The notes under the pieces were generated by a model that worked only from the letters and a program-made list of their open reading frames with translations, was not told the origin of the DNA and did no database searches. Below are positions 1-13,339 of a stretch of 64,000 bases of DNA, piece by piece. Positions within the stretch are counted from its first letter, which is position 1. Each line of letters starts with the position of its first letter. A program made the translations under genes and the position numbers. This DNA is from Camelus ferus (lineage: Eukaryota). The DNA lies in contig NC_045697.1 in the NCBI RefSeq assembly GCF_009834535.1, positions 103,852,001 to 103,916,000 of the forward strand. The letters run 5' to 3'.

Positions 1-237
1 TCTTCAGCTGTCGAGGACAACTCAAGTACAGAATTAAATATTTACCAAAAAAATGAAATGTCAAAGATTTTGTCTGATTCCTATTATTCTTAAGGAGCAT
101 ACCTACTTTTTTAAAGTGCCATAGAGGAAACTAAGACAGTGTTTACATTTGGTACTATTTTTATGGCAACCAGTGAAACTAGGTGGAAAAAAAAGAACCT
201 AAGATTTTAGTGACTAAAAAGTAAGTTCCAGGGAAGA

Positions 238-345
238 CAGAATTTTGTCTCTTTGTTCCCTGGCACATCCCAAAGGCCTTGAACAGGCCTGGAATGTAGT
301 ACATGCTCAATAAATATTTGTTGAATGAATAAATGAACAAACAAA
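238..345 (+). mobile_element. LINE-2 3' end fragment
   Basis: cctggaatgtagtacatgctcaataaatatttgttgaatgaataaatgaa matches the typical L2 3' terminus. Confidence 0.75.
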
Positions 346-671
346 GGGAACAGACAAAGAAATTGAGACTCAAGACCTAACATTATTGGAGAAGTGAAAC
401 GAATTTATTTATTCATCAGATGTTGACTGAGCACCTAAGAAATTCTAGAGAAATTCAGAGGCTTTAGTGGTTCCCAACTAGAACCACTGGATCCAGGCTG
501 CTGCCCCAGGCGGAAGTAGTCTAAACCAGGCTTGGTGACTTAGGGACGTGTCCCAGAGGAGCTGCCCTTTGGGAGAGCAAGCCATGCAGAGAGTATGACT
601 TACCTGCGGTTGCAGGGTTAAAATTAGATAATGTGTAGAAAGCACTTATCTCAGTGATCAGCAAATGGTAG

Positions 672-867
672 TGATGAGGTTCAGGACACAACACTCCAAA
701 ATGTGGCACCTGCCCATATTGAATATTCCAAGTTTAAGGAATATGAGAAATGACAGGTAAAGTAAGGACTTTCTGACCTTCCCTTCAGGCAAGTCACAAA
801 ACCGCCATATGAGAGGAACATCCTTACCTGCAAAGACAGAGGGACATGAAGAGATGCCCTCCCCCTG

Positions 868-901
<34 letters not shown>

Positions 902-1117
902 TCTTATCACATTTTCCCACTCCTCTCCTCTCTTCATCAAAACTAGCATAACAATGCTCAGGTTTAACTGCTTCTTTGGGTCTTTTTTCCTTATGAAGTC
1001 TCCAGTGTTCTGTAAAACTTGCATTTCTGTGCTTTTCTCTAGTTTATCTTTTGTGACAGGGACCCTCAGTTGAGAACTTAGAAGGGCAGAGGGGAAAAAT
1101 ACTTTTCCTCCTTTACA
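672..1117 (+). mobile_element. Solo LTR, ERV1 class (MER34/MER39-like)
   Basis: Begins TG(atgaggttcaggacac), ends (ctttta)CA-type terminus at 1117, flanked by 4-bp direct repeat GTAG (668-671, 1118-1121). Internal poly-T run at about 868-900. Family name from recall. Confidence 0.75.
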
Positions 1118-3546
1118 GTAGACATTATTGTTATTTCTGTAAATGGCAACTAAGATACTCATTTCACCATATTCAAAACCCAGAAAAGCCCATGGTGCTG
1201 TGACGCATGTATATCTCTAGATGGCTTTCGCGGGGTTTTGGAAACCTTGGACTTGTGTGCTCCAAGTCCCTGGAAGGAACGAGGATTTAACTCCTGCCCC
1301 AGAAGGACCACGTTCTGCTATACATTCTGACTTTCCATATCAAACCCCAACATTTCAAAGACTGAATATCCCATTTTGGCAGATATTCTAGTTGGTTTTA
1401 AGGACCCTTGAACAGGAGTAGAGCTTGCAAATGGCCTACTCTTTGAGCTTGGACCAGAACATATCAGCGTAATATAAATCCTTTATGCAATTAAGAAAAT
1501 CTGCCAAATCAGAAATTTTTTTTCTGGTTGTCTGGAGCATATATCAAGTCTTATATCTGAGAGCATAATATTAATCTTTGGCTTTTCAAAAGTCTGTTTA
1601 TATATCCTGTATTTTGCAGATTTTAGATGTTTTTTCTTAAACTGAACATTAAAATTGCTGTTTTACAGGTGATTCTTTAAATTTTCTTTTTCAATCTCAT
1701 TTTACAAGTAAAATATGCTATACTGTAGTCCACCAGAGGAAAAAAATTAAGGAAGAAACTAAAAATCACCTAAGATAACCACTACCAAAACTTTAGTAAC
1801 CATTCTTTAATATATCTCTTCAGATTAATATATGCAGACTTACATATAAAATTTTGAACAAATAGTATCATAATATACATGTATTTTATTGAGAATACAC
1901 TTCAAAACATTTTGTTAATTGTTTACGTCCTTCCTCTCCCTTTCTTACCCATCCCTTTTCACCACTACTATAAAAAATGGTGGAAAATTGTTTTTCTCAC
2001 TTCAATGCACAGTGTAAAAATCCCTCCAAATCAACTAATACAGACCTAACACGTCTTCCTTAGTGGAATGTGTAACATTTCACGGTATGAATGAACCACA
2101 ATTTACTTGTCCTGTTTTTTGCCTCTTTGAAGAGTAAACATCCTTCCACATGCACCCTTATGGGCCAGTAGATTAATTTTTATGGTATTGCTAGGAGAGG
2201 GGTTGTGTCTAAGTGTAATCCTAATTGAGATGTCTGGAGTTGCATTCTCAAATGTGGTTAACAATTTACATTTCCCTTTGCATTTTATCCAATGTTTATT
2301 TTTAGTGTTTATATACACACGTATGCGCATAATTGGGGGTAATTACTATAGACGTATTACGTTTTTAGTGATGCTGGAAAAACTCAGTTATTACTCAAGT
2401 TTTACCTGAATCATTGATCTTGTCACCTATATTTTAAAAGTAAGCAAAGCAGGCCTTCAATAACCACGTTTCCCAAACTCTGCCAGGAAACCCAATAGAG
2501 CTGCTGCCAAGGGCTCTGAGAGCCGCATGGGAAGTGACTCAGTTCCAGCAGTTCTTGAAGTCAGGAATGTTCTCACATTCCATTTAGCAGAGGAAAACCA
2601 TTTTGCCAGTATCGCTTTCTGATTTTTCATCCTGCTGCTATGATATTTGCTTCCAGCACCTGAAAGCAATATAAAAACGCATTTTAAATCTCTATGCTCT
2701 GATTTGAATTATAAACTTTGAAAAAAAGACCATTTAGAGCTATGTATCATGGCGTCTTGGTAGCATTCTTATTTTTTAAGTGCTAGGAAAAAAAAAAAAT
2801 CAAGATCACCCATCAAAGACATGTAATGCCATTTAACCCATTGCACTGACACATGATGAATTATTTATAATTTAATTATTGTGATTAGACTGAACGTACA
2901 CAACACATTCAGGCTCTGGTTTCATCGCAATGTTCTGATTGATTTTCTGAAATACATAATCACTGGCATGTATTTGCACAGGTGGAAATCAGTGTCTCCT
3001 CATTGGTCACCCCAGGTATACCAGTCCCTTAACCTGACTCGATGCTATGCTCTCAACTGTAGACCGAAAAAGGGCAAGACACATTATTCAGCATCAACTA
3101 GCGTATTTTCAGTCACTTCTTCAAATTAAAAAAAAAAAAAAAAATTAAGTCATCCTCTACTGTAATCACAGAAAAAAAGTCTAAAGACGCCTTATTTTTA
3201 AAAGTCTGCTATTGTGATTATTTGATCCTTATCGTAAATACCTATTCATCTCCAAGTGTGTGAGAAAAACAATCTTGGGATATAAATGAAGCCCAGATTT
3301 TTTTTTTTTTTAATCTCTGTCCAGTAGCTGTTTATAGACAGCTGTGTGAGCCCCAAATGAAACGCCCAGCAATAATCACTGCATATATGCCAGTCCCCAG
3401 TGAGCCGTGGATTCATGTCTGGCTGGTAATTTAATGGCACCTCTAGGCATAAACAAAGGTTTATTAAAATAGTAAGTAAAATATTCCTGAACACTAGATC
3501 GCTTTAAAAATTTTCCCATTCTGCTTTTGAAAATTAAGAAAGCCTG

Positions 3547-3749
3547 GGGGGGGAGGGTATAGCTCAGTGGTAGAGCTCATGCTTAGCCTGCACGAGGTCC
3601 TGGGTTCAATCCCCAGTACCTCCATTAAGAAATAAATAAATTAATAAACCTAATTACCTCCCCCTTCAAAAAACCTAAATAAATGTCACTCTTCAAAAAA
3701 TAAATTTAAAAAAAATTTTTTAAACAATGGGAAAAGGTACTTTGAAAAG
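3547..3749 (+). mobile_element. tRNA-derived SINE (vic-1-like, camelid)
   Basis: A box tagctcagtgg, B box ggttcaatccc, tail aaacctaattacctcccc, perfect 16-bp TSD aaattaagaaagcctg (3531-3546, 3750-3765). Confidence 0.9.
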
Positions 3750-6002
3750 AAATTAAGAAAGCCTGTATCATGATGCTAAAAGACGGTGATTGAATCCACA
3801 CTTGGCATCATTTTATTTAGGTTCTATTTAACATAGCCCACAGCAAGTAATCTACCTGTATTTATAGTCACAAATTTTTACTTCTGGGAGAAAAACTACA
3901 ATGGTAAAGAATAGGGTTCCTTTCTTCAGGTTGTCTTCATCCATCTCCCTCTTAGTTTGACCTCCACTCTCTCCCTGAACAGTTCTCCACCCTCTTTGTG
4001 ATGGCAAAATCCCTGCACCCTTTTTTCTTTTTAATGAAAAACAATCAAATAGCAAAAACAAGTCACCTTGCAGAGACAGCTTCTTGAATCTGTCTTGGAC
4101 AAGTGGCTTTGAAATGCTTGTGGTCTCCTCGTGACCATTGTATCCACATGGCATCTAGTGGTCCATAAATCAGAATTAGTCTTATATTTTCAAAGAAAAC
4201 CAGTCTGAGGCTATCACCAACATCATTGGGCGTTGCTTTATAGACAGAGTTCTAGCAGGTAGTGTATACTGACAGCTTGAGAAATACTGACTTTGTAATT
4301 TCTTTTACGGATATGTTATATTCCTAAACTCTAGCTTAGCATCTTTTAGCTTAAAGGAACATGAAAACTGTACCTAGTGGTATGATCTGTCCCACCCCCT
4401 TCTACAAATGATGATACAACTTTTTTTGAAAGGACTAGAGCTCACTATTCTTAACTTCCTCCCAAATATCTATCTACCTATCTATCTAGCCATCAATTCA
4501 GCTATTATCCAAAAGTTAACCCAGTATATAATAAAGCAAGTGATTTATGAAAGTTATCACCAAATCTTTTAACGTAGATTTTGCCTTGCATTACAAAATT
4601 CCATTTGGTTCTGGTACTCTACCAATGGAAAAGGCTCAGTATACGTCTGGTTGACTTTTCAATAACTAAGAGGGGTATTTAATGATGAAACTTTATATAC
4701 ATTTTTTCACAATAGAAGTTTGTAATGACTTGAGTCCGAAGTTAATTTTGCCTGCAGATAGAGTTACAGGTCGCAATTTAACTATGGGTGCTAACGAGTC
4801 ACTTGGAGCTGCTTTCATGAAATAGTTTTAGCAGTAATGACTGGTTTAAGTACAATTTTCTGACCCAAAAGAATATATTTAAGGACCTCTGGGGGGACAT
4901 CTTCCTTTGGTCTCATGAATGAATACTTTAATCTAAAATCTGTTTTCTAGAATGTCTCCAAAAGCAAACATTGTTTTCCTACATTAAAAAGGATACTTTT
5001 CCAATCTTCATTTAGAAAACCTAGGTTAAAATTGCAATCATGGGTGCAGTCTACTATGTTGAGTGATACTTGCTTGGGTGATTTACTTCCCCTCCCAAAG
5101 TGTGCACTTATTCTTTATATCTTTCAAACAATGCAGAGTGTGGGCAAAACAATGTCACTTTATGAGGTCTGTCCACAGGTTTTAGTAGAAATAATTGCTT
5201 TACCAATAAAAAGAAGGACAGGAAGTTAAGAAATAAAGGATAGGCTGGTCTCCAAAAGAAGAAAATTGCCCTAACGTGAGGATAAAGTTTAATTAGGGAA
5301 GCTCTGTGTGCAGTGTCCCATCTCATAAAACTCATTTTATTAAATTTATATCCCATATTTTTGCCACACTATATTGCTTTCTGCACTTAAAATCCAGGCA
5401 CGAGGATATGAAATTATTTTCCCTCTCAGTCACTGGCTTCAGGGGACAGGGTCTTGATTTCACCTGGGTCTTTTGTCCTCTTGCCCTTTTGTACCTTATT
5501 CCAAAGTTTCAGCAAATTTGACCTCTGAGAAGGTACAATTTCCTGTTAGCCTCACAGTTTGACTTTTCTGTTTGCATATTAGGACTCTGCTCAGAAGTAG
5601 AAAGTCTTACAGCCGAGCTCAGGAGCCAGCATCAAAATCAAGTAAAGTTTTGCTGCCAACATGTTTCACAGCTCAGCCAGTTTCCTTACTTAGGACTTAG
5701 CATCTGAGTCCTATTCTTTTCGGGGTCCATTTTGGGGTGACATGCTTGTATAACTCTCCCCATAATCTACTTTCGAGGATTATCTGTTTCATTCTGCAAA
5801 ATATCTTGGCCTCCAACATTGAATCACGCTTCCGAAAGGAAAATCCCATGTGTTTCAGAAGTCTTGGTTATCTGGGGGGGCTGTCTACATTGATAACATC
5901 CAGACAAGCCCTCAACTCCCCTCTCTTTCATTTGTAGCGACCCAGCCAGGCCAGAATATTCTTTCGTCGAATGTGGTTCTGTTCAAGAAGAAGCATATTC
6001 CT

Positions 6003-6100
6003 TGAAAATGAATATATGTATGTATATGCATGACTGGGACGTTATGCTGTACACCAGAAATTGACACATTGTAAACTGACTGTACTTCAGTTAAAAGAAA
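6003..6100 (+). mobile_element. LINE-1 3' terminal fragment
   Basis: tgctgtacaccagaaattgacacattgtaaactgactgtacttca recurs near 7830, 19060 and 30220; degenerate TSD gaagaagca. Confidence 0.8.
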
Positions 6101-6648
6101 ATGAAGAAGCAATATTTCCAATTTCTACCTGGATTGTATTTCAAAGGTTCATTCACTAGCTAGTTGCTTGGGACATATTTTCCAATGAACAGTGTTAAAA
6201 ATCAGAGGCTGAAATGCAAACACAGGTGTTTAGGAAGTGGGCCAGAGAGAAGTAGGCAGAGTAGGAATGTGCATAGTTTTTAAAGATTTCACTGAAACAG
6301 AAAAGACTGGACAAAGCTCTGAACTTTATTCTCCGTCAAATGCTGAGGAGTAAGCAGATAATCCTGACCCCCCCCCCCCCAGCCTGATGATGGAATCTTG
6401 CCCTGTGGAAACGGCCCACGGAGGACTCCGCCTCTGACAGAACAATAGAGGGTGATTCATGACTGGTTTGCATCTCTGGGTGATGATTTGGAGAGAGGAG
6501 GTGAACAGGCAGGAACAGGGCTTAGGTTCTGACTCATCTTAGTAGTTAATTAGGACAGAAATCTTGGCCCTGTGTGAACATCCAACACAGCTCTCTTACC
6601 GTGTCTGGGGACACCACAGGGAAGTGGTTCCCTATTAAAAAAAAAAAA

Positions 6649-6812
6649 TTCTGAAAGTGTAGTTGATTTACAATGTTAGTTTCAGTTGTACAGCAAAGTG
6701 ATTCAGTTATACATATACATACATAGATATATTTTCTTTTCAGATTCTTTTCCATTATATGTTATTACAAGAAACTGAATATGGTTCCCTGTGCTATATG
6801 GTAGGTCGGTCC
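6649..6812 (-). mobile_element. LINE-1 3' UTR fragment (antisense)
   Basis: tagttgatttacaatgt...gttccctgtgctata, same family as 23016-23538. Confidence 0.8.
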
Positions 6813-7706
6813 TTTTTTTTTTTTTTTTAAATAGAAACAAGGAAGGAAATGAGCAAGGTTTTTGCATAAAGGAGCTTTAAGCAGAGGATTTTCAGACATG
6901 ACTCATTTTCTTTCCTTATGATCTATCTTCTGGAAAGAAGCACACAGGTTCCAATCTACTTTGCTTAGGAAACTGGACACTGACCACGGATCACTAATCC
7001 CACTTGCTTCCCACAGGAAAGGTCACTATACAGTTGGGAGGCCGTATAAAAGGTCTACAAAATGTGATGTACGAAATACTAACGTTCATATGGAAAACAG
7101 TAGAAAAATAATTTAGTAATATTAGTCACAATGCACAGAAATCATGAAAATACCTCAAATGCTAGAACCTAAGGAGAAGTAGGTTTAATTAAAGAGGATG
7201 AAGTGTTAGGGAGAAATGCGAGGAAATTCTGAAAGTGACTACTGTGTGTTTGTATTTTGTCAAATTTAACTTCAAAGCTAGTGAAATCTTCCTTAATACA
7301 GGAGCTGCATAGTGCTGTCCGGGGAGGGATGGCAAACACATGGCCTTCTGGCCAAAGCCGCCTCAGATCTGTTTTGTTTAACCTTTCAAAACTGGAGTTT
7401 GACTAGTTTGGGGTGGGACAGACACACTCCACCACCCCTATATTTCTAGTTTCAGGGGCTTCACACATTTATTCTGTACCTGGGTCCTGAAGATGATTTT
7501 TTTGGCCCTAGATCAAGTTGCTTTAGAACTCAGGAAATATTAAGAAAAGCAGTGAAAGACAGAAGACCAAGAAAGGAGAGATGGAAATGCAAGGGTTAGA
7601 GACAGAAAAAGGGAGATTTGTAAGGCAAATACTTATTTGGTTCCTTTTATTCATTGAGCACTGCTCAAAACACTAGATCAGAAATGATACATAAAACAAA
7701 GTCCCT

Positions 7707-7929
7707 GAACAGCAAGTCTCTACTGCATCGCACAGGGAACTATATTCAATGTCTCGTAGTAACTTAGAATGAAAAAGACTATGAAAATGAATATATGTAT
7801 GTATATGTATGATGGAAACATTATGCTGCACACCAGAAATTGACACATTATAACTGACTATACTTCAGTTAAAAAATAACAAAATAAAAAAGTAAAACAA
7901 AACAAAACAAAACAAAACAAAACAAACAA
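7707..7929 (+). mobile_element. LINE-1 3' fragment inserted into an L2
   Basis: gcacagggaactatattcaa...ctgactatacttca plus (AAAAC)n tail; 14-bp TSD aaaacaaagtccct (7693-7706, 7930-7943). Confidence 0.85.
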
Positions 7930-9580
7930 AAAACAAAGTCCCTACTCTCATGGAGTTTATATTCTAATGGGAAGAAATGTAAAACAAATTATTATTGTCA
8001 GTGGAGGTAAGAAACATGAAGAAAAATAAAATAAAATAAGGGATATAAGTGATGGTGGGGAATAAAGAAAGATACTACTATGTAGAGTGGCCAGGGAAAG
8101 ATTTGTTGACAAGGTTGCATTTGAGCAGAGACTTGAAGAATGTAAAGGAATGGTATTCCATGCACAGAAATAGAAGTACAAAGGTCCTGAGGTCAGAGCA
8201 GAGGCAGTGAGTTAGAGGAGATAGCAGACCAGCCTGGGGGCAGAAGGCATGAGCTGGAAGGTGATAAGACCTGTGGTAGTGGGTAGGGCACACCCATCCT
8301 AAAACCTTTGGCATTTCCTCTGGAGAGATGAGAAGAGGGCTTGGAGCAGAGTAGAGTCAAGGGCAGAAGTTAGTAGAACAGATAAGGGTCTCATGTAGTA
8401 CTAATTACAGATCAGGAGGATACTAACAGTGGGGATGCTGAGAACTGGTCTGTATATTCTTTGAAGGTAAAACAAATAGCATTTGTTGATGGATTAGCTA
8501 TAGAGTGTGAGTGGGGAAAAAAAATGGAGTCACAGTTTCCTCTACTTTTGCGTATGTTAAAAATATCCATAACAAAATTGAAAAAAGAGTCCAGGATGAC
8601 TGAAGATGTTGGGCTCAAGGAACTAAGAGAATCAAGTTACCATTTCCTGTTATGAGCAAACCCAGAGAGAGGAACACAGTTGGGAGGGTGAGACCGTGAG
8701 TTCAGTTGGTGATGTGTTCTTTCTGAGATGTCTGTTTAAGCTTTCATGTGATGATGCCAGGTAGGAAGTTGATTATAGGAACCTAGAATTCAAAGGACAG
8801 GTGTGAGCTATGGATAGAAATTTTAAGTTATGTATGGATAGTTGGCATTTAAATTAGAGGAAGAGTGGCATCACAGTGAAGAGTGAATGATGAAGAGGAA
8901 ATCTGAGGAGGGAACACTTATCACTCTCAAGTTTGCAGTCAGGAATATGAAGAGGAACCAGCAAGGATATGACAGGGAGAACAACCAGAGAAACAAGAAG
9001 ACAAAAAGAGTCAAGCAAAGGGAACATTTTAAGGAGGAAGTGATCAACTGACACAAATGCTGACAATGGAGATGATGTGGAAAATAACCATTAGCTTAGC
9101 AACAGAGCAATCATGGTTAGTATTTGAGAGGTAGGACATGCAAGTGGAATTGGCTCAGGAAATATCAGAAGAAAGGCAGACAGCAAAGGTAGCTCACTGT
9201 TCTGAAGATTTTTGCTCAGAAGGGGAGCAGAGAAATGGGGTGGTATCTGGCGGTGCGTGTGTCGTTAAGGTTGGGCTTTACTTTTAAAGATGAAAGGGAC
9301 CCAGTTAGAGAGGGAAAGTTCAACAGTGCAGAGAAGACAAGTGACTTCAGGGAGGATGCTCTTGAGTGGAAGAGGAGCCTTGTTATACTCGGAGGCATTG
9401 TCCTTGGGGCAGAGAGAATTTATTCACTGTAACAGAAGGGAAGGCAGGAGGCTGGCAAAGAGGGAGGAAAGTTTGTGGATCTGGTGGTGGGAGCATGTAG
9501 AAGTTCCCTCCAATTGCCTCTATTTTTTTAGTAAAATGAAGAGCAAGGTTATTAAAAGTAAGAATAAGAATAAAGGATGA

Positions 9581-9825
9581 GTCAGTTTCTGTTTTATAAA
9601 TAAGTTTATTTGTGTCACTTAAAAAAATTCCACATGCAAGTGATACATATGATATTTTTCTTTCTCTTTCTGGCTTACTTCACTTACTATGACAATCTCT
9701 AGGTCCATCCATGTTGCTGCAAATGGCATTATTTTATTCTTCTTTATGGCTGAGTAATATTCATATATATATATATATATCCCACACTTCTTTATCCAAT
9801 TATCTGTCAATACTTCAAAAAAATT
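9581..9825. mobile_element. LINE-1 insertion with 5' inversion
   Basis: Antisense ORF2 C-terminus (KKNKIMPFAATWMDLEIVIVSEVSQ), then sense tacttcaaaaaaa; TSD gaataaaggatga (9568-9580) / gaataaaagatga (9826-9838). Confidence 0.8.
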
Positions 9826-11238
9826 GAATAAAAGATGAAGTGCTGTAGATTTGAGGAGAAAACAAAGTTGAGAAACAGTTGCCTGGGAGAATAAGAGAGA
9901 AAAGGGACAAGTCAAAGGCAATCACATTTCCTGGCAAAAGTAAGGGCCAACCTGAGATTAACAGTAAGGAATTAAAGTGTGTTTTCTTTCAGCCTCCTTC
10001 AACAGTTCAGGGACAGGAAAGAGTAGGAGGAAGTTTTGGTTGAACTAAGAGCAAGTAAATTTCATGATGGGAGAGAAGGGCAAGGAGATTGGGGTGTATG
10101 CAAAGGATTGAGCACCATGTTTAGCCACTGAGTCTTCACTGAAGAAAGAGGTAAATGAGGACATGGGGAGGGGAGGGACAAACGATAGGTATTTCTTCTA
10201 GGGCTAAAAGAGTAATAATTAGAGTGAGATGAACGATGGGATGTAGAGGTGGGAGTGCATGATGTCTGAAACTAAATATGCTGGGGGTGCAGTTGCTGGC
10301 AGTGATAATGTCTAGGGCATGACCATGGAGCAGGTGGCTGGAGTGATATGGAGACAGATCAGGGGAGGAGAGGACATCAAGAGCCTGAAGTGAGACTCTT
10401 GTAATGATCTTTCCAATGATTTTGAAATCACCAAGGATTATGAAAACAGTGCTGTTTGAGAGAGTGACAGTGGTCGTGCATGAGAGCATTCAAGAATGAT
10501 GAGACATGAGTATGACGTTTGTAGATGATTGACACATGGTGAAGTGGATGACCAGCGGCTGAGCTTCGAGGGAAGCAAGAATGTTTAGGGAGAAGCAAAG
10601 GGGGCCCAGATGGAATTGGCAATGCAGTAGGAAGAACAGGTTTCATTCAGAATAAAGAGGTGGGAGTAATATGGAGAAGAATGTGAGGATGTAGGAAATC
10701 TTGCTGATGACAGACAATGCGTTCCAAAGGGCACAGTGAAGAGCTTGTGTTGTTGGAGAGTGTGAGACTGGGTCACATAAAAGGATGGACAGAGCTGTGT
10801 GGGGATGTGATTTAAAACAGTGAGTGGGGTTCGGGCTTCGTTTGAAGGCTGAGATAGCGTGTATGAATGTACTTTGCAATTGAAGAAAAACTTCCAAAAC
10901 AACTTACTGAGTTTTAAGTATGGCTTGTGCCTACGCTAAAGCCATTTCATTAGACAGTTTACCACCATGACCAGTAGGTGGTGGTGTTGGCCCAAGATAG
11001 TTTGGTTGCTGCTCAGCGTAGGGAAGGGAAGGGAAGGCAGTCACAGATTGGGTGTGATGGAGAGAAGGCAGTTTATCTGCCACGAGGAAAAATGTAAAGG
11101 ATGCTGGTAGATTTAAGAGATCTCCCTTTTTAGATTAATCATCCTTATTCAAAATTATTTTTTTTTAAAAGATAGACAAACAAGCACTAATTCTCTGAAA
11201 GAACTGGAACTTACAAAAAAAAACCAAAACGAGCATAA

Positions 11239-11380
11239 GAAGAGGGTATAGCTCAGTAGTAGAGCACATGCTTAACATGCACAAAGTCCTGGGTTCAGTC
11301 CTAGTATCTCCTAAAATAAACAGATAAACCTAATTACCCCCCCAATACAAAAACAAAAAGCAAACAAAATAAATAAAAAC
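11239..11380 (+). mobile_element. tRNA-derived SINE (vic-1-like)
   Basis: gggtatagctcagtagtagagcacatgcttaac...gggttcagtcc, tail aaacctaattacccccc, A-rich end. Confidence 0.88.
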
Positions 11381-12464
11381 TTGAACATAAAGACAATTAT
11401 GGAAATATATAAAGTGCACATGATGATGCATTTGCTATTTTTTCTGGATTGAAAAATATCAGAAACAGAGAAAGAGACAGAAACTGCAAGAACTCTCAGA
11501 CCACTCAAGACAGTTCAGGATGCTCAGCCAATAATATTTCTCTTATTTTGCCTCTGGGACAACCATGTACACTAAATCCACGAGAAATCGCTGGCTGCAT
11601 CCTGATACTTATCTGAAAACACATGCTCTGTAAAAGGGAAATTCAGTTCTTGCTATAAAAACAAACAAACAAACCCCCCACCCCCTCTCTTCTCCCTCCT
11701 GCTTGCTTTGGGGATTCAGAACACAGAGCTTAGGAAGCCAGGGGCACAGCGACTTCCTTTTGAGAAGGAGGAGAGGCTGAAAGAGGCAGATGCTGATCAG
11801 AGTCTATGAGCTTTGCATATTCATACCCCTCAGTTGCTCAGCATTAGAAAATTCCGGTAATGAGCCTGTGAAAGCTCCAGCAGCCTCTGCATAGCTTGGG
11901 GGTTTGTTCTCTGCTCTCTGGGTAGAACTGCTTCTTATCAAACCAGGAGGCTCTCCCCTCCACACTGAATCAGCACACGTGTACATTGGAGTTTTTGACA
12001 TCACCCACAAGATTTTTAAGGGCTTGTCAAAAGAATCTTCATAGTCTCTAACCATGAATAAAAATGATTTCAGATATCATCTCTATTGCACATTTTATTT
12101 CATGGGATTAATTTAATTGATTGAGCTGAGTAGTTAAGGGTTGTTAAGTGGTTGCTAGTAATAAGGAGACATCGTTAAATTTTTAGGAAAATATTTCAGG
12201 TACATACTGATGTGCTGGTTGTATTTAAATGATTGAAACTCTTCTTTAATGGTAATACAGTTACATCTTGATTAAACAATCTTCTGAGGCAAAAAAAAAA
12301 CACACAACTGCTTTATAATAAAATCAGTCTTATAAAGAAAAAAATCGGCAGCTCTCACATGAAGTTGCTCTGCTTGGGAATTACTTGCACATTACAAATG
12401 TCATATGATTGTCTTGACCCACGTCTCCTATTTGGCTAAATACAGTCAAAAGTTAGTTAACACT

Positions 12465-12600
12465 GGGAAGGGTATGCTTAGCATGCATGAGGTCATGGGT
12501 TCGAGCCCAGTACTTCTGTTAAATTAAAAAATTATAAATAAATAAACAAACCTAATGATCTCCCCCTACCCAAACAAACAAACAAACCAAAATTTAATAA
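12465..12600 (+). mobile_element. tRNA-derived SINE with A-box deletion
   Basis: gggtat joined directly to gcttagcatgcatgaggtcatgggttcgag; tail aaacctaatgatctccccc. Confidence 0.8.
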
Positions 12601-12894
12601 TATTAGCCCTGGGAAAAATTACTATTTTCTAGTTTCTCTTGGATACAGCATCTTGGCTAGGCATTTGATGGCCAAGTTATTATTTTAAAATTTGTGAGAG
12701 ATTCAAAGGCTAGAGTTTATGAACTAAACTCCAGGAAATTTTTTGAAGAAAATTACTATTTCTTCTCTTTATTAAGAATTACAACAAAGGACCAGAAATC
12801 TCCACTTTTTCCCACTGTTAGGTAGACAGTGAGGCGTACCTACTTCTTTCTTAAGTGTGATTCATTCTAGAATATTGGAGGATATTCTAGAATA

Positions 12895-13335
12895 GAATTT
12901 TTTGATTGAGTTGCTTGGCTTTTTGATATTAAAATGTATGAGCTGTTTGCATATTTTGGAAATTAATCCCTTGTCAGTCACATCATTTGCAAATATTTTC
13001 TCCCATTCTGCAGGTTGTCTCTTCATTTTGTTGATGGTATCCTTAGCTGTGCAAAAGCCCTTATATTTAATTGGAACCCATTTGTTTATTTTTGCTTTTA
13101 TTTCCATTACTCTAGGAGCTGGTTCAAAAAATATATTGCTGTAATTTATGTCCAAGAGTGTTCTGCCTGTGTTTTCCTCTAGGAGTTTTATAGTATCTGG
13201 TCTTACATTTAGGTCTTTAATCCATTTTGAGTTAATTTCTGTATATGGTGTTAGAGAATGTTCTAATTTCCGTGTTTTACAAGTAGCTGTCCAGTTTTCC
13301 CAGCACCACTTATTGAAGAGACTGTCTTCTCCATT
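12895..13335 (-). mobile_element. LINE-1 ORF2 fragment
   Basis: ORF 12862-13155 contains [26 protein letters not shown]...DKGLISKI, a typical L1 ORF2 segment. Confidence 0.9.
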
Positions 13336-13339
13336 TTAT

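Larger units (their letters stand above)
7640..10700 (-). mobile_element. Long degraded LINE-2, interrupted by two L1 insertions
   Basis: Minus-strand ORF remnants retain L2 ORF2 motifs in the correct order: ILGDF and HGHALD (endonuclease, 10136-10489), YHPISLLPF (9216-9398), SAFVSVDHFLL (8854-9066, RT). Confidence 0.8.
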
